A stretch of 64,000 nt of DNA from Octopus vulgaris (taxonomy: Eukaryota). Below, one piece after another: positions 1 through 13,322 of the stretch. A program made the translations under genes and the position numbers. The notes under the pieces are model-generated. The model was not told where the DNA came from and did not search any database. It saw only the letters and a program-made list of their open reading frames with translations. The stretch lies in assembly GCA_951406725.2 (NCBI GenBank), contig OX597820.1, positions 42,470,001 to 42,534,000 of the forward strand, given 5' to 3'. Within the stretch, counting starts at the first letter, position 1. The number at the start of each line of letters is the position of its first letter.

Positions 1-727
1 AAATGGGGACTAACATAGTTAATAGAGTAGGGCAAAAAGGAATAAAAATCAATAGAAATTACACTTGTAATTAAAAAGAATAGTCAGGGAGAGAAAGAAG
101 TCTGATATATGTCCGAGGCTCCATTGTAGTTGCTAAAGATCAGACATATTCCCTGCTACTCTTCAATTAATCTTTAACCAATTTAAATTTCGGAGAGCTC
201 CACTTTCCTATTTCGTCAGGAATTGCCTTTGATGTTACTGTGTTTTGTTAGCAATTCAAATATTCATTTTGGATCAGAATATTAAGCTTGTTGTCTCACA
301 CTTAACTATATGTTCTTCACGAGAAAAGCATCCATAGGAAAATTTCCAAATTTTAATTAGCCTTTTGTAGGTACTGCTCCTCATTGTGGAAATATTGCGT
401 AAATTAGAATAGCTTCTCTTTTGTTCACATTAAAATAGCTACTCTCAGCACTTTGAAACGCGTATTCACAGCTTGCAGTCTAGATTACAATCTACAACTG
501 GCTTGTCATCTCAGATCTCCGATACCACAAATCAACTAATAGACGCCAAACACCATTACTCCATCTCTTACGTTACTTTCTCATTTCTTTGCAAATGTAC
601 TTTTATAACTTAACTGTAGTCTATTCTTTTTTTTTTTTGTTTTTGCTATTTTTAACAATTAGTTTGGAATTGTTTACAGCATCTGCTGTTTGTCAATGAA
701 TACACACGGGCATCGAAAATTTAGCAA

Positions 728-1110
728 AGCCATGTATATGTGGTTATGAAGTTTGATTCGCAACCACAAGGTTCCGGGTTCGAATCAGTTTCTGGGGAAA
801 TGTTGTCTACCATAGGTTCAGTTGAAAAATACTTTGTTAGTGGAATTTTTTTTAAAGGAAACTGTGTGGAAACACGAATGCGTGCGTGTGTATTTGTGAG
901 TGAGTGAGTGAGTGTGTGTGTGTGTGTGTGTATGTGTGTGTGTGTGTGTGAGTGTGTAAGTATTCGTGCACATTTGTGTGTTATGTATAGAATGCTTGCA
1001 TTCATCTTACAGCACCTAACCGGAAAAAATTATCATCGACTAAGCATTTCACTTTTTTTAAACGTTGTTATTATTTATGGTATCGAGAACTTATGGCAGA
1101 CGTCACTACT
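728..1110 (+). mobile_element. Old, degenerate copy of tRNA-derived CORE-type composite SINE (family A)
   Basis: Head TGTGGTTATGAAGTTTG...AACCACAAGGTTCCGGGTTCGAATC, then GTGGAATTT...GGAAACTG and an internal (TG)n tract, in the same order as the young copies at 16195 and 22780. Confidence 0.55.
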
Positions 1111-1198
1111 CACATTGGGGTTTTGTCACTGTCTAATATTCTACTGTTATATTTCGTATCATAACTGACATTAGTAGCAATATTATATGGGTTTAAGT

Positions 1199-1417
1199 TG
1201 GCGAGCTGGTAAAGGGGTTAGTACTTTGAGCAAAATGCTTAACGGCATTTAATCTATCTTTACTATCTGAGTTCAAACTCAACCGAGGTCACGTTCGCTT
1301 TTCATCATTTCAAGGTGGATAAAGTAAGCATCTATTGCACCCTGTAGGCGATGTAATCGAATAATCTCCTCCCTCGAGATTGCCAGCCTTCTGAAAAGAT
1401 TTGGACCCAACATCATT
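1199..1417 (+). mobile_element. tRNA-derived SINE family B (Meta/MESC-like central domain), diverged
   Basis: GGCGAGCTGG...CTGAGTTCAAA (B-box-like), then GCTTTTCATCATTTCAAGGTGGATAAAGTAAGCA and GATGTAATCGA; collinear with the copy at 62911. Confidence 0.75.
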
Positions 1418-1444
1418 ACTGTAGAAATTTAATATTTTTTACTG

Positions 1445-1655
1445 CTAAGACAGCTTCCAGGTGGAATCATTAGCCCGTCAGACACAATGCTCAGCGGTAT
1501 TTCTTCCGGTTCCATATATACTGAGCTCGAAATTTGCGCTTCTTCCTTACGTGGTCGATTAGATAAATATCAATTGAGTACAGGAGTCGATGGAATCAAT
1601 TAATCTCTCCCATTAAAATTGTTGAAATTGTACCAAAATTTGAATCCGATATCAT
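1445..1655 (+). mobile_element. SINE family B, diverged, in tandem after the previous copy
   Basis: GAATCATTAGC...AATGCTCAGCGGTATTTC...GGTCGATTAG...GGAGTCGATGGAATC...GTACCAAAATTTGAA, collinear with other family B copies. Confidence 0.65.
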
Positions 1656-2059
1656 AATCTTCAATTTTAATTCTGTTGTATAAGGATCGCAAATCAATCT
1701 TTCTTTCACACCATTAACTTTGGTAGTAAACCTCAAGATTAAACTGATGATGAGCTGCTCCAGCATATTCAACCATGTATAAATTTATTCAGATATAGTA
1801 CATTTCACGCATAATCATTTATGTGTAGTGTGCTTGGAAACGGAAGGAAAGTGAAACATTTGGAACTGCCTACTAAACTTGTGCTGTGCTGAAACTTCGC
1901 CTTTTCCTTGTCTTATAAGCAACTCTACAAAATTCTCACGCATCAATTTTACCGGTGGTACGAACTTGGAATCTATTGTATTATAAGAATTAGTTTGCCA
2001 CTTTAATGGGTGTATAGGAGTTCCGGTCGAGTGTTACCCAATACAGACTCACAATATAC

Positions 2060-2092
<33 letters not shown>

Positions 2093-2104
2093 TACATATA
2101 TATA

Positions 2105-2211
2105 TCTATCTATCCGCTCAGTCGAAGTCGACTCTCGGTTACTCGTTGGATCAGTGTCCTCCAGTCAGTTATGCCCTGGGCCGCTTCTTTCAGATTGGGT
2201 ATGTCCATTCC

Positions 2212-2214
<3 letters not shown>
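2105..2214 (-). mobile_element. 5'-truncated RTE/BovB-like LINE 3' end
   Basis: Minus strand translates TGMDIPNLKEAAQGITDWRTLIQRVTESRLRLSG*, matching the RTE-BovB ORF C-terminus pattern (..D..WR..I..V..SR.RL..*). It is followed by a short (ATAG)n tail and sits in microsatellite. Confidence 0.75.
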
Positions 2215-2256
<42 letters not shown>

Positions 2257-2259
<3 letters not shown>

Positions 2260-2478
2260 TAAAAACGGTAAGATAACAAAAGAAAGAAAGAGACCTCAAT
2301 ATTACGTAAATAGAGGAAATTTATCTATAAAATAATATGTTACAATTATTCAATAGTCAAGATAAAACTCTGAGTTTCGGATACAACAACAGATAACCGA
2401 AGAGATGGTGTTGTGGATTTCCACTTCGGCATCCGAAACTCCCAGTTTTATCTTGACTATTGAATAATTGTAACATAT

Positions 2479-2487
<9 letters not shown>
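2257..2487 (+). mobile_element. Penelope-like pseudo-LTR fragment with inverted duplication and hammerhead motif
   Basis: Near-perfect inverted repeat 2326-2383 / 2431-2487; type I hammerhead-like motif at 2391-2453; (TA)n on both sides. Confidence 0.65.
2391..2453 (+). ncRNA. Type I hammerhead ribozyme motif with one core substitution (CCGAAGA instead of CTGAAGA)
   Basis: Stem I AGATAA/TTATCT; core CCGAAGA; stem II GATG...CATC with internal GTGG/CCAC hairpin; GAAA; stem III CT-CCC-AG; GTT cleavage triplet. Confidence 0.6.
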
Positions 2488-2571
<84 letters not shown>

Positions 2572-3406
2572 CATATATATATGCAGAAATATTTATGAAT
2601 ATATATGTGTGTATGTATATGTATATATGTGTATGTATATATGTGTATGTATATATATATATACACACATATATATGCATATATATACACATATATAAAT
2701 ATATACCTATATACCTATATGTAGACTTACCAGCACATACATATCTGTGTCTACAGGAGAAAGGTTGTAATTGTGCACCTATGTGTGAGGTGTGTGTGTG
2801 TATGTGTGCTTGTGTATATGTGCGTGTGCGTGCCTTTGCATGTGCGTATGGTGTGTATGTGTTTGTGAATGTGTGTCGAAATGTTTTTGTAACGTCTATT
2901 TTTGTATCTTTGGAATTGTAAAGATTAGCGAGAAAATACCAAAAAGAAAAAAAAATGATACATTACAAATTCCTTGAGTTACTCGTTCAATACTGAATTG
3001 CATGCAGTTACATTTCCTTCTGAAAGTCATAAATGTAATCGACCATTCACTGGTTCACTGGAAGTCTATAGCGACTAGTACTATAGTTCAACATTCACGA
3101 TATGTAACATACATCAACACATTACAATTCGTATTTGATTCTAGAAGTAAATCATGTCGCACAAAATGGACAGCAGACATTTTTTACACATTTTTCCTCA
3201 TACTTCTGTGAAATTTTGTCATTTACTTGACTTTTCGAGGTCGTGTATATCAATCAAAATCTGATCAAACTATTGATTTGAGGAGAATGAGAAATGTAAA
3301 GTAAGATTCATGCAATTTGAAAAAAAAATTATGTAAGTAAACTATTACATTCAAGCGTGAAAGCGGTTGCCTACTTTGATGAAAACATGTCGAGTAAGTT
3401 TATATC

Positions 3407-3468
<62 letters not shown>

Positions 3469-3474
3469 GTGTAT

Positions 3475-3508
<34 letters not shown>

Positions 3509-4015
3509 ATATATATATAGATAGATATATACATACATACATACATACATACATACATACATACATACATACATACATACATACATACATACAAACATGC
3601 ATATATGTAAATTTGTTAAATTTCCTACATTTCCCGTATTTGTCGTTCTTATCGCTCTTTGCTCCTCACACATTTAATCTCTCTCTCTTCTTTCTCTCTA
3701 TCCACACACATACACACACGTGCCTCTATGCATATATGTATGTGTGTTTGTGTATGTATATATAGTTACATGTGTATATATATATATATATACACACAGA
3801 TATATGTGTTCACATCTACATATATATAGCTATACATCTATGAATACATCCATGTTGATGTGTATATATATATATATATATATATAGATAGATAGATATA
3901 GATATATACATGTATATATATGCAATTATATACATTTATATATATATACATATATCCATATATATATATATACATACATACATACATATACACTAAACAT
4001 GCTCACACACACACA

Positions 4016-4068
<53 letters not shown>

Positions 4069-6080
4069 TCACATCCATTACACACAGTGATGCATGTGTG
4101 GGTGTATCTGAATTTTATGAGATCTCCGTTCGACGTACACATGCACACATAAACACACATACACACACAGCTATATGTATATATTTACATATATATCTTT
4201 AAATATATATATATGTGTGTGTCTGTGTGGTGTGTGTGTGTGTGTGTGTGTCTGTGTATGTGTGTGAGTATGTGTGTATGTGTGTCTTCCGTTGTGTGTA
4301 AATGCATTTTAAATGTTTGTAACGAAGGAAGGTGTTGGTGTTCTGTATTACAATTCTATGAAGAAAAGAATGTATTAAATTGAAAGAAAATCTTTTGATT
4401 AATGCGAACTTCGCTGAATCGAATACTTTAATTGGTGTTAAAACATTATAAAAAGAAGACGACATCATAGTAATGAAGAAACAATAGAAAACAGATTAAG
4501 CACGTGACTTAGATAGATGTGATTAAGAGTATCGTTAGAACAATTGGTTATTGATTGCATGTTTTTATTGATTTTTCTAACAATAAATATTTCCGCAGCA
4601 CGTTGTAATTATGCAAAATTTAGAGATAATTTTATATTTGTTGGTTGATATTTATTTCTATTTACGTCTTTTTTTTTTAATTTTCAAAGAATATTATTTT
4701 GCATACTTTCTTTTGAAAATTCGCAAATAGAAGAGGATATTTATATAAGAAAATGGTTTAGAGATAAAACTGTATATAACATCAACAAATATAAAGAACT
4801 AAGTAAGAGATCCTGGAGAAAAACTGTGGACATATTTTTCATGATATTGAAGCTTCAGTTTTATATCCTGCAAATACTTCCATGCTTCATTTCTATATGT
4901 GATATTTAGATGGGCGGAGATATGTTCTATTACATACGTAAATGAGGCATAATCTAAAAATACGAAGCTTTATGGAATCATAATTATATATACCAGGGCA
5001 GGACCTGATAGAATAACATATGTGTGACATAATCATGCGTAATATGATATAAGTAACTACATTATAACAGAATCACTCACAATATGAGAGAATCGCACAT
5101 TCTTTGACGTAATTACTAGTCCTGTGATAGATACTGCAACAGAATCGTATATATAATAATAGTAAGACACAAATACAAAACTCAATGAAAGCGCAATTGT
5201 TTATCAGTTGAGAGCAGGAAATAACTATTTTGAGCACCGTACGCAGATTTCGTGCCGCTGAGACTTACTTCACTCTTGCAATATTATTTGTTCTCACCAT
5301 ATTTCTATTAGTCCAGTTCTTACTGTTTCATAAAAAGCAAAGAAATTAAAGAATTTAGCTCTATAAAAGCATCCCCTAAAACCAATTAAGGGAAATTCAG
5401 TAACAAACCAAAATGAGTAATTAGTGAATATTTCTCTAAACAATAAATCACACAGTATTTCACGGAATTAATGGTAAACTTATTGAGTCATATCTGAAAA
5501 CTTTATCCAAAAGACCTGAAAACGTAATCTGTATTGTGTCAGTATCAAAAGTGGAGGAAACTGGTATACGACAATTATTTAATGCACTTTATATATACAT
5601 TTTATTTACTTTATGCACAATTTCATAGACTTGATATACAGCACACTCCTTTCTCTCTAACTCTTTGCCTTACCATCTTTTTCTCTCTCTTTTTTTCGCT
5701 CTTCGCCTTTCCCTTCAACTAATTACGTGAAAGTGTTACAGACGGGCTCAGTAACGGAGAAAAAAGCTTAGCTCAAAGAAATTACACGTTTCACTCACCA
5801 CCACTTCTATCTCCCCTCCTTCTCCCACGTCTCCTTTCACCCTTCTGCTCCCCCACTTCCAATCTCCCTTTTCCCTCACCGCCCCATTCAACTAATCACA
5901 TAGAAGCGTTACAAAAGAGGTAAGTAATGGAGGAACAAGTAGAATAAGATAATATACTATGTAAAACAGTTGAGAACGTCCAATGACTGGAACACATTCA
6001 GAGAAGCTATTGTTAAAGTTTACATTGTTCAAACAGTATATGGATCTCTTAAAATCCCAGCATATCAGCCACCGAAGTAA

Positions 6081-6331
6081 TATTGATTGCAAATTTTGTC
6101 ACAAGGCTAGCAATTTCGGTGGGGTTTGGGGGATAAATCGATGACAAAACCTTAGTGTTTATCTGGTGCTTATTTCATCGACTTCGAAATGATGAAAGGC
6201 AAAGTAAGCCTCGAAAGGATAAAAGGTAAAGTCGACCTGTCATAATTTGAACTCAGAACATAAAGACGGACGAAATGTCTCTTAGTCCTTTGGCGGGCGT
6301 GTGTTAACGATTTTGCAAGCTCGACGCCTTA
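6081..6331 (-). mobile_element. SINE family B with short internal duplication
   Basis: Plus strand shows TCGACTTCGAAATGATGAAAGGCAAAGT...AATTTGAACTCAGAAC...GACGAAATG, the reverse complement of the family B head and central domain; the GAAAGGATAAAAGGTAAAGT segment is duplicated. Confidence 0.8.
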
Positions 6332-7279
6332 GCCACCAAATGAATATTAAACACCTAGGATAGCTAACTAATATTTTTCTCACATATGACGACCATATTC
6401 TATGCACCAGAAAAAATAAATAAATATTCAAAACTTTTATAAAATTATTCAGATAATACTCATCCAGCAACATGACATTATCATTTTGAAATTGGTCAAT
6501 ATAATTACAATTCTCAAACGTGTCTGCAACCGCCATATTATAATAGGTTTGCTCGGTTCTTATATTTTACATACTAAACCGTATGACTTCCCGTTTGATA
6601 TGGGATATACCAGAATCATTATAATAGTGATGAGAATGAGATTCCACTAAGTCAAATGCTGAGCATCAAAGCTCCAGCAATTAGAATGGCCCATAAGAGT
6701 AGAAAAATAGAGACTGGTCCCTGCAAATTTCATTGCTTTTACTAAAAAAAAGAAAAGAAAAAGCAATCCGTCGGAATCGACAGTTTCGAAAACTACAGCG
6801 AACGGAAATTTGCTAGTTTTTGCTAATACCCCACAACCTCCTATAAATGAAAGTTAAACAGTGATAAATATTCAGTAAACAAATTGAATAAAAATGGCAG
6901 GTGGGAATTTTAATATTTTAATCAGTCAGCAAATGACCAAATAAATGCAGAAGTGTTGATATCTTCATTTATAGCCGATGTTGTTAAAAAAGGAAATCTC
7001 TAATACGATAATTATATTTCTAAATGGACCTTTACCGCCACACATAACGTAAATATCAATACCTATCAATGTGTCGGAACTAGTGATAGCCGACATGATA
7101 GTGTCTTGTAGGCTCACCTGAAAGAAGGTACACTGAAAAAAATTTCCATTATAATGACATTGCACTTGTCCTTGAACACACCAGAATTCGTTCGTTGACT
7201 TGATAGAGAAAGGAAAGGAAATAGGAATGTCTTCCTTTCATTAAATTATTCTGCTATCAGTAGATTTCCTCAAACTCTC

Positions 7280-7480
7280 CCAAAGAGCAGCAATGATTTG
7301 ACTATCACTCTTAACTTATTGAAAGGATTTTTTTCCAGTTTCTACTTCGAATCCTCCTCCTCTGAGGCTGTAATGTGCCAAACAACTGTGGATTACTATC
7401 GCATTCAACAACGCTGACACTACTGGCAAAATGACGAAATCTTTAACGAAGGCCTAAGAATGCTAAATATCCTTTTTCTC
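7280..7480 (+). mobile_element. Possible very old CR1-like RT fragment
   Basis: Broken translation resembling RT N-terminal motifs (LKGFFP...VDYYR...GKMT versus G.FP...DNYRPIS...GKI); frameshifted. Confidence 0.3.
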
Positions 7481-7862
7481 CTAATCTCTAACATACAGTA
7501 ATTCTGTAACCTCCCTATGTCTGTAGCCCTCGAGAACCGTTAAGCGTATTCAAGAGCGAAATCGTCAGACTTCCGTCCAGATTTTCTTGTTACTAATGGA
7601 AAATGTTTTGCAATTCTGAATCCTACAGGATAGCTAAGGCGGATATCATAAATATACTCATAGTTATACACTTCCACATCCCTAAAATACAATTCTACGA
7701 CTCTGGATATCCCCTACTGTTCAGGCACTAATGTACAGCAGAAGTAATTTAATAATAGGTGAGATTAAACTATCCTTACATCTGATTTGGAGGAATTCAC
7801 GCACGACTACAGAGTTTAAGTGCAAGACATTCATCAAAGCATATATACACACATATACATAT

Positions 7863-7907
<45 letters not shown>

Positions 7908-9049
7908 GTGAGATGCACACTTATGAGCACATAAGAATATTTCATATATTGTGCATTCTGAGAAGTGTCCTGTCCCCCAGTTTGAAGTTTGAGACTTCTA
8001 GCTCTTGGCTAAGTGATTTTACACTTCTAATCGAAGATAGTCTTTTATATATTGTGACAGTAAGAGTAGCTACATTCGTAGATTCTTTCTTGCAATTTTA
8101 CATTGCAAATTTAAACATATACATTCACACAAACAAAAGTATTTTCCGAAATTGTTTTCACACGGCAACTCTAATCCTACCTTTAGCAACTACATACTTT
8201 AAACTACAATTACTTTATTTCAATAAGCTGTAAATTCAGGTGATGTCTATCCTAAAACATTATTCACTGGGTATTTATTCTTGTTATCATTCTTCCATTC
8301 TATACAAGGACACATTTAATATACAAATTATTGTGTAACTCATACTTAAAAATAGAATTCTTTTTCGCTAAGTCACCTCTCACATCAAGTATTTCGTAGA
8401 CGCCTAATTTTATTTCCTCATCCAGCAACTATGGATAGTATTTTGTCAATTAGCATCGATAGGCTATGCAAATCCACGTACCTCTGGCATCTGTTTTCGA
8501 GAACTTAGCAAATGTAATGTTGGATCATTTTACACAGAAAAGCGCTTGACATCTATTATACCAATTCCGGAAATCTTTTAATAACACTTATACAGGCTTT
8601 GTCAATCTCTCCTTGTAGACTGAGAAGCTAACAACACAATTGCCCAACTGTAGCGTATTGCAACATGGCTTTTTATGTACAGCAAGCTTTCTTTATGCCT
8701 CCAGCCCTAACGCAGCCACTTTTAACAACGCAGGCTAATATACAAGGAATACCACACTTTATGTCTTCTTATGAATTGTATTACTAGAAACCTTCGATTA
8801 TACGGTTCTGTGCATATCGTTCTTGAAAACAACAGCCAAGAGAAATAAAGCAACATATTTACTATAAACAGCATCACAATAAAATCGAGACAAATGTCAA
8901 GAAAGGGCTAGCCTAACAGATTTTTAAGCGGGAATAATGCTGACTTATATCCCCTGATATCGCTCTTCACGGCCGGAGTTGGCTATAATCATTTACTGGC
9001 CCTTTTCAAAATAAAATGCCATTAATGATTATGTATTTTGAAAATTGTT

Positions 9050-9545
9050 GTAGTTTACCATCTAGATGTCCTTGATTGCACTGAAACATCATACGTTGGT
9101 TTTCACATCCACCTTCGACAATTCATATTCCCCGATGTGTCTCAATTGCAAGTTCTACACCAAATACTTAACCCACTTATTTCTCCCCCAAAACTCCAGA
9201 CATCTGGTATTACTTCATGAAGTCAATTATCTATAATTTGTTCCAGATGAACAATAACGAATCATACTTACCAATCTGTGACATATTCATTCTCTAAATG
9301 AAATTTTAACTAACTCTCATCCTCTGATTAAGAAAGAAAAGTCAGTGTCGTCAGCATATATGCAGACGATAAATGATAATATATAAGTACTATCTGCAAT
9401 TTTGAACTTCCCCGGCTGTACAAAATAAAATTATTACTGTAAATATAATCTGATGAACCTATTGCAATACATCAACAAAACCGGCGTGCGACAAAGCGAA
9501 ATATATGCAGTAAAATTAAAAACTCTGAATATATCTCGATTAAAA
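9050..9545. mobile_element. Two old LINE RT fragments joined back-to-back at their YADD motifs
   Basis: Minus 9358-9347 TATGCTGACGAC = YADD followed by TDF; plus 9359-9370 TATGCAGACGAT = YADD, later NLMNLLQ. Downstream similarity is weak on both sides. Confidence 0.45.
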
Positions 9546-10350
9546 CATTCGTTGTGCGCCATTAAACTATTTAATCCGATGGTGTTTTAAAAGCATAACA
9601 CCGGTTATCTGTGTGATTAATATATACTTTGAAATAGTAACAGAAAGAAATTATTTTGAGTCTCTTTTTAGATTGACGCCTCTACAAGTTGTTTCAATTC
9701 CTTCTCTATCTGTAGGCAACTTTATAAATTTAAATTTTTATAACACTTTATATGGTTTGTATGTATATAACTATGTGTGTATATATGATTCCAAATATGT
9801 ATGTATGTTCTATGATATAATATTCTATATGGTGTAAAATGTCTTGCTGAGAATATCTTACATTCTCAGATGATCAATAAATTAAGCACCCGTTTACAGT
9901 GGAATCAGTACGTTCCGCCAAAGGTGTGGAGATTCCTTAAGGTACTTTAATATTATTCCGTATAATTTGTTTCTCTTTTGGGAGTCCTATGTCCCCAAAC
10001 TGTTAAAACGTGTATTGTTTCGATTCATTTCGAATTAGACGAACCAGTGTTCGAAGACAAATAATCATTTAGAAAGGAAAGAAAAGAAGCCAAATATTCT
10101 TATATCACATTATCCAATGTTCCATCGGACACGAAAGATACACGTACGACACAAACCTATAATGCTCGATACAATTATAGAAGGTGAAGAAAACCGTGTA
10201 TAAATAAAATGAACAAAATTCACTTTTTTAACTTTTTTTTTAATTTCAGGATGCTACTACTCTAATTGATGATTGGGAAAGATAAATGTATGTATTAGAA
10301 GGCAGCAAATATTTAACCACTCTTCTTTTCCCTCTTCCGTTTCCTCTTTA

Positions 10351-10365
10351 CACACATCAACACAC

Positions 10366-10449
<84 letters not shown>

Positions 10450-10466
10450 ATGTATGTGTCTGTCGG

Positions 10467-10535
<69 letters not shown>

Positions 10536-11725
10536 AACTGCGTGTCTACATACGATGTATGTACATACATATGTATACGTATATACCTAAATGTATGCAT
10601 ATATGTATGTTTATATATGCATGTATGTATAAATATATATATATATACATACATAAATATTAATATATATAGATGATATAAAGGTATATGTCCATATATA
10701 TATATATGTGAGTGTGTGTGTATGATTAAGTGTGTGTGACTGTACACACACACTCACACACTTACACACACTCACACATACACACACACTCACACATACA
10801 CACACATATATGTATGCATATAATTACATATAGATCTAGATATATGTCTACGTTTGTGTATTTGCGAGTGTTGGATCGCGCACACGCGTTTGTGTGTTTC
10901 GTGTGTGTGTGTGTTTGTGTGTGTGTGTGCATCTCTATGTGTATATTTATGCATACAAGACACATGCATATACTGTACATAGAACGGATACAATCCAGTG
11001 ATTGAAACAAGTATAAGAACAAAAATGTCGAACACGCACAAACACACACACACACACACACACACACATGCACACATAAGCAAACAAACAAATACGCTCA
11101 GACGCACACATACACAAGCAAACGCGCACACTGAAACGCACACACACAAATACATACACACTCAAGCACGCACACACAAACATGCACATAGTGAGAGAGC
11201 GTGAGAAAGATAAAGTACGACAGACTCAGAGATAGAGATAGAGAGAGAGAGATAGGTATGCACACACACACGCACACACACATATACATACACTGCGTTC
11301 AGAAACCAACTCAATAACATTTACACTAATGTTCACACACACACACATACACGCACACGCATACACACTCGCAAATGCACACACATGCTCCCACATAAAT
11401 ACACAGGCCAGTGCGCGTACACATTAACACACGCATTCTTATATTCGAATACAACCTTCTATAATTAAACAACTGAATTTACGAAACGCTAATACAACTT
11501 ACTTTTTCATGGGAATGTTACATTTATCTAAATTTCTATTTTATTCTATCTTATTTTAGGATTGCTTCTTTTCTTTGTCTTCATTTATATGTGTGTATAT
11601 ATGTAAATATATACACACAGATACGTACACACATATGTGCTCATAAGTGTGCATCTCTCTCTCTCTCTCTCAGTATATATATATATATATATATATATTT
11701 GTGTGTGTGTGTATATATATATGTG

Positions 11726-11780
<55 letters not shown>

Positions 11781-11999
11781 GTATATATGTATATATATAT
11801 GTACACATATACATATATACACACATATATATATATACACATATATATACACATATGCATATATATACATATATATACATATATATATGTATATATATAT
11901 AGAGAGAGAGATAGATATATACATATATATATGCACATATATACATATATATATATACATATACTTATATATGCATATGTATATATATGTTTTTTCTTC

Positions 12000-12032
<33 letters not shown>

Positions 12033-12200
12033 CACATATATATATGTATGTATATACGTAGATATATACATATGTATATGTGTGTGGAGGTGTGCGTGTG
12101 CGGGCGTGCATCTATATATATGAATATATATATATATAAAGAGAGAGAGAGAAGGAGAGGCAGATAGAAAGAGAGATGGGCATACATACACTGACAACCA
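10351..12200. repeat. Compound dinucleotide microsatellite field (CA/CT/TA/TG/GA)
   Basis: Directly visible tandem repeats; the source of the many YI/HT/CV pseudo-ORFs. Confidence 0.95.
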
Positions 12201-12513
12201 TCTATACACAGATATATTTCATTCCTTTCTCACTTCACTCGATTCCATACAATACCTATTTCTCCTGCTGTTATTTCTTTTATATTTAATCAGACACACT
12301 CCTTTAATTTAGTCTTAGAAATTTCCCACAATGCATTCGTTGTTTTTATTTACTGCAACTGTACTTATTTACATTACACATTTCCCCCCGTTGGTTTGTT
12401 GTTCTACGTCTTATATACACTTTCTCCTTTCGTTCATACGGTAATATTCTTTTCCTTAATTTTACCTGGTAATTCCTTTATTGAGTTACCAATCTCATCA
12501 TTACGAGGAAAAA

Positions 12514-12535
12514 TTATCATTATTATTATTATTAC

Positions 12536-12593
<58 letters not shown>

Positions 12594-12617
12594 ATTATTA
12601 TTATTATTATTATTATT

Positions 12618-12661
<44 letters not shown>

Positions 12662-12697
12662 GGTTGTTGTTGTTACTATTGTCGTTATTATTATTAG
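12514..12697. repeat. (ATT)n-(ATC)n-(GTT)n trinucleotide array
   Basis: Directly visible; produces poly-Ile/poly-Met pseudo-ORFs. Confidence 0.95.
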
Positions 12698-13269
12698 TAG
12701 TATGCGTTGTGACGGTAGTGGTGATAGGCGTGGAGATGGTGTTACTGCTATGTTTCCAGGGGTTTTATTTTCTTTCATTTTGCTGAAAAATTCTACCCAT
12801 TACATATATTAAAAAACAAAACAATAACAATAATGATAATGATGTTATATTAACAACAACAACAGCAAAATGCACGCACACAGCAACATATATGGCTACC
12901 TACACACGTATACAGTCATCTATACCCACACACACCCAGAAATATATATATATACATATATATGTACCTGTATGTATATATATGCGCGTTTGTGTATGTG
13001 TATAAGTTTTTAATATAATATGTAAATGTGTGTGCATGTTTGTGTGTGCGTGAGTGCTTCTGTGCGCGTATGCCGTACTGAATGGCGTATAGAATAAAAT
13101 TTCATCTTTTGAAGCCTCCTTACTATTGGGAAATAAAAAGCAAAAAAAGCTATCGGCAATCTTTAGCGACTCCCAAAGAGAGAATGGAAATAATTTAAAG
13201 AAATCTAAAATAAATATTTCTGGTTAATTTCCATGTTCCGTGAAGTCCACTCAGATCGCAATTACAGCC

Positions 13270-13322
13270 ACTGGATACGTTTCGGTCATACGTTTCGGTC
13301 AATTTGACATTATCAGCTTAGT
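13270..13322 (-). ncRNA. Degenerate minimal hammerhead motif (Penelope-type)
   Basis: Minus strand ACTAAG-CTGATAA-T-GTCA-AAT-TGAC-C-GAAA-CG-TA, then a 13 bp tandem duplication and TCCAGT. The core G is mutated and stem I is imperfect. Confidence 0.45.

Noticed and set aside
1-520. Possible decayed DDE transposase fragment
   Set aside because: No unambiguous catalytic motif recovered by eye.
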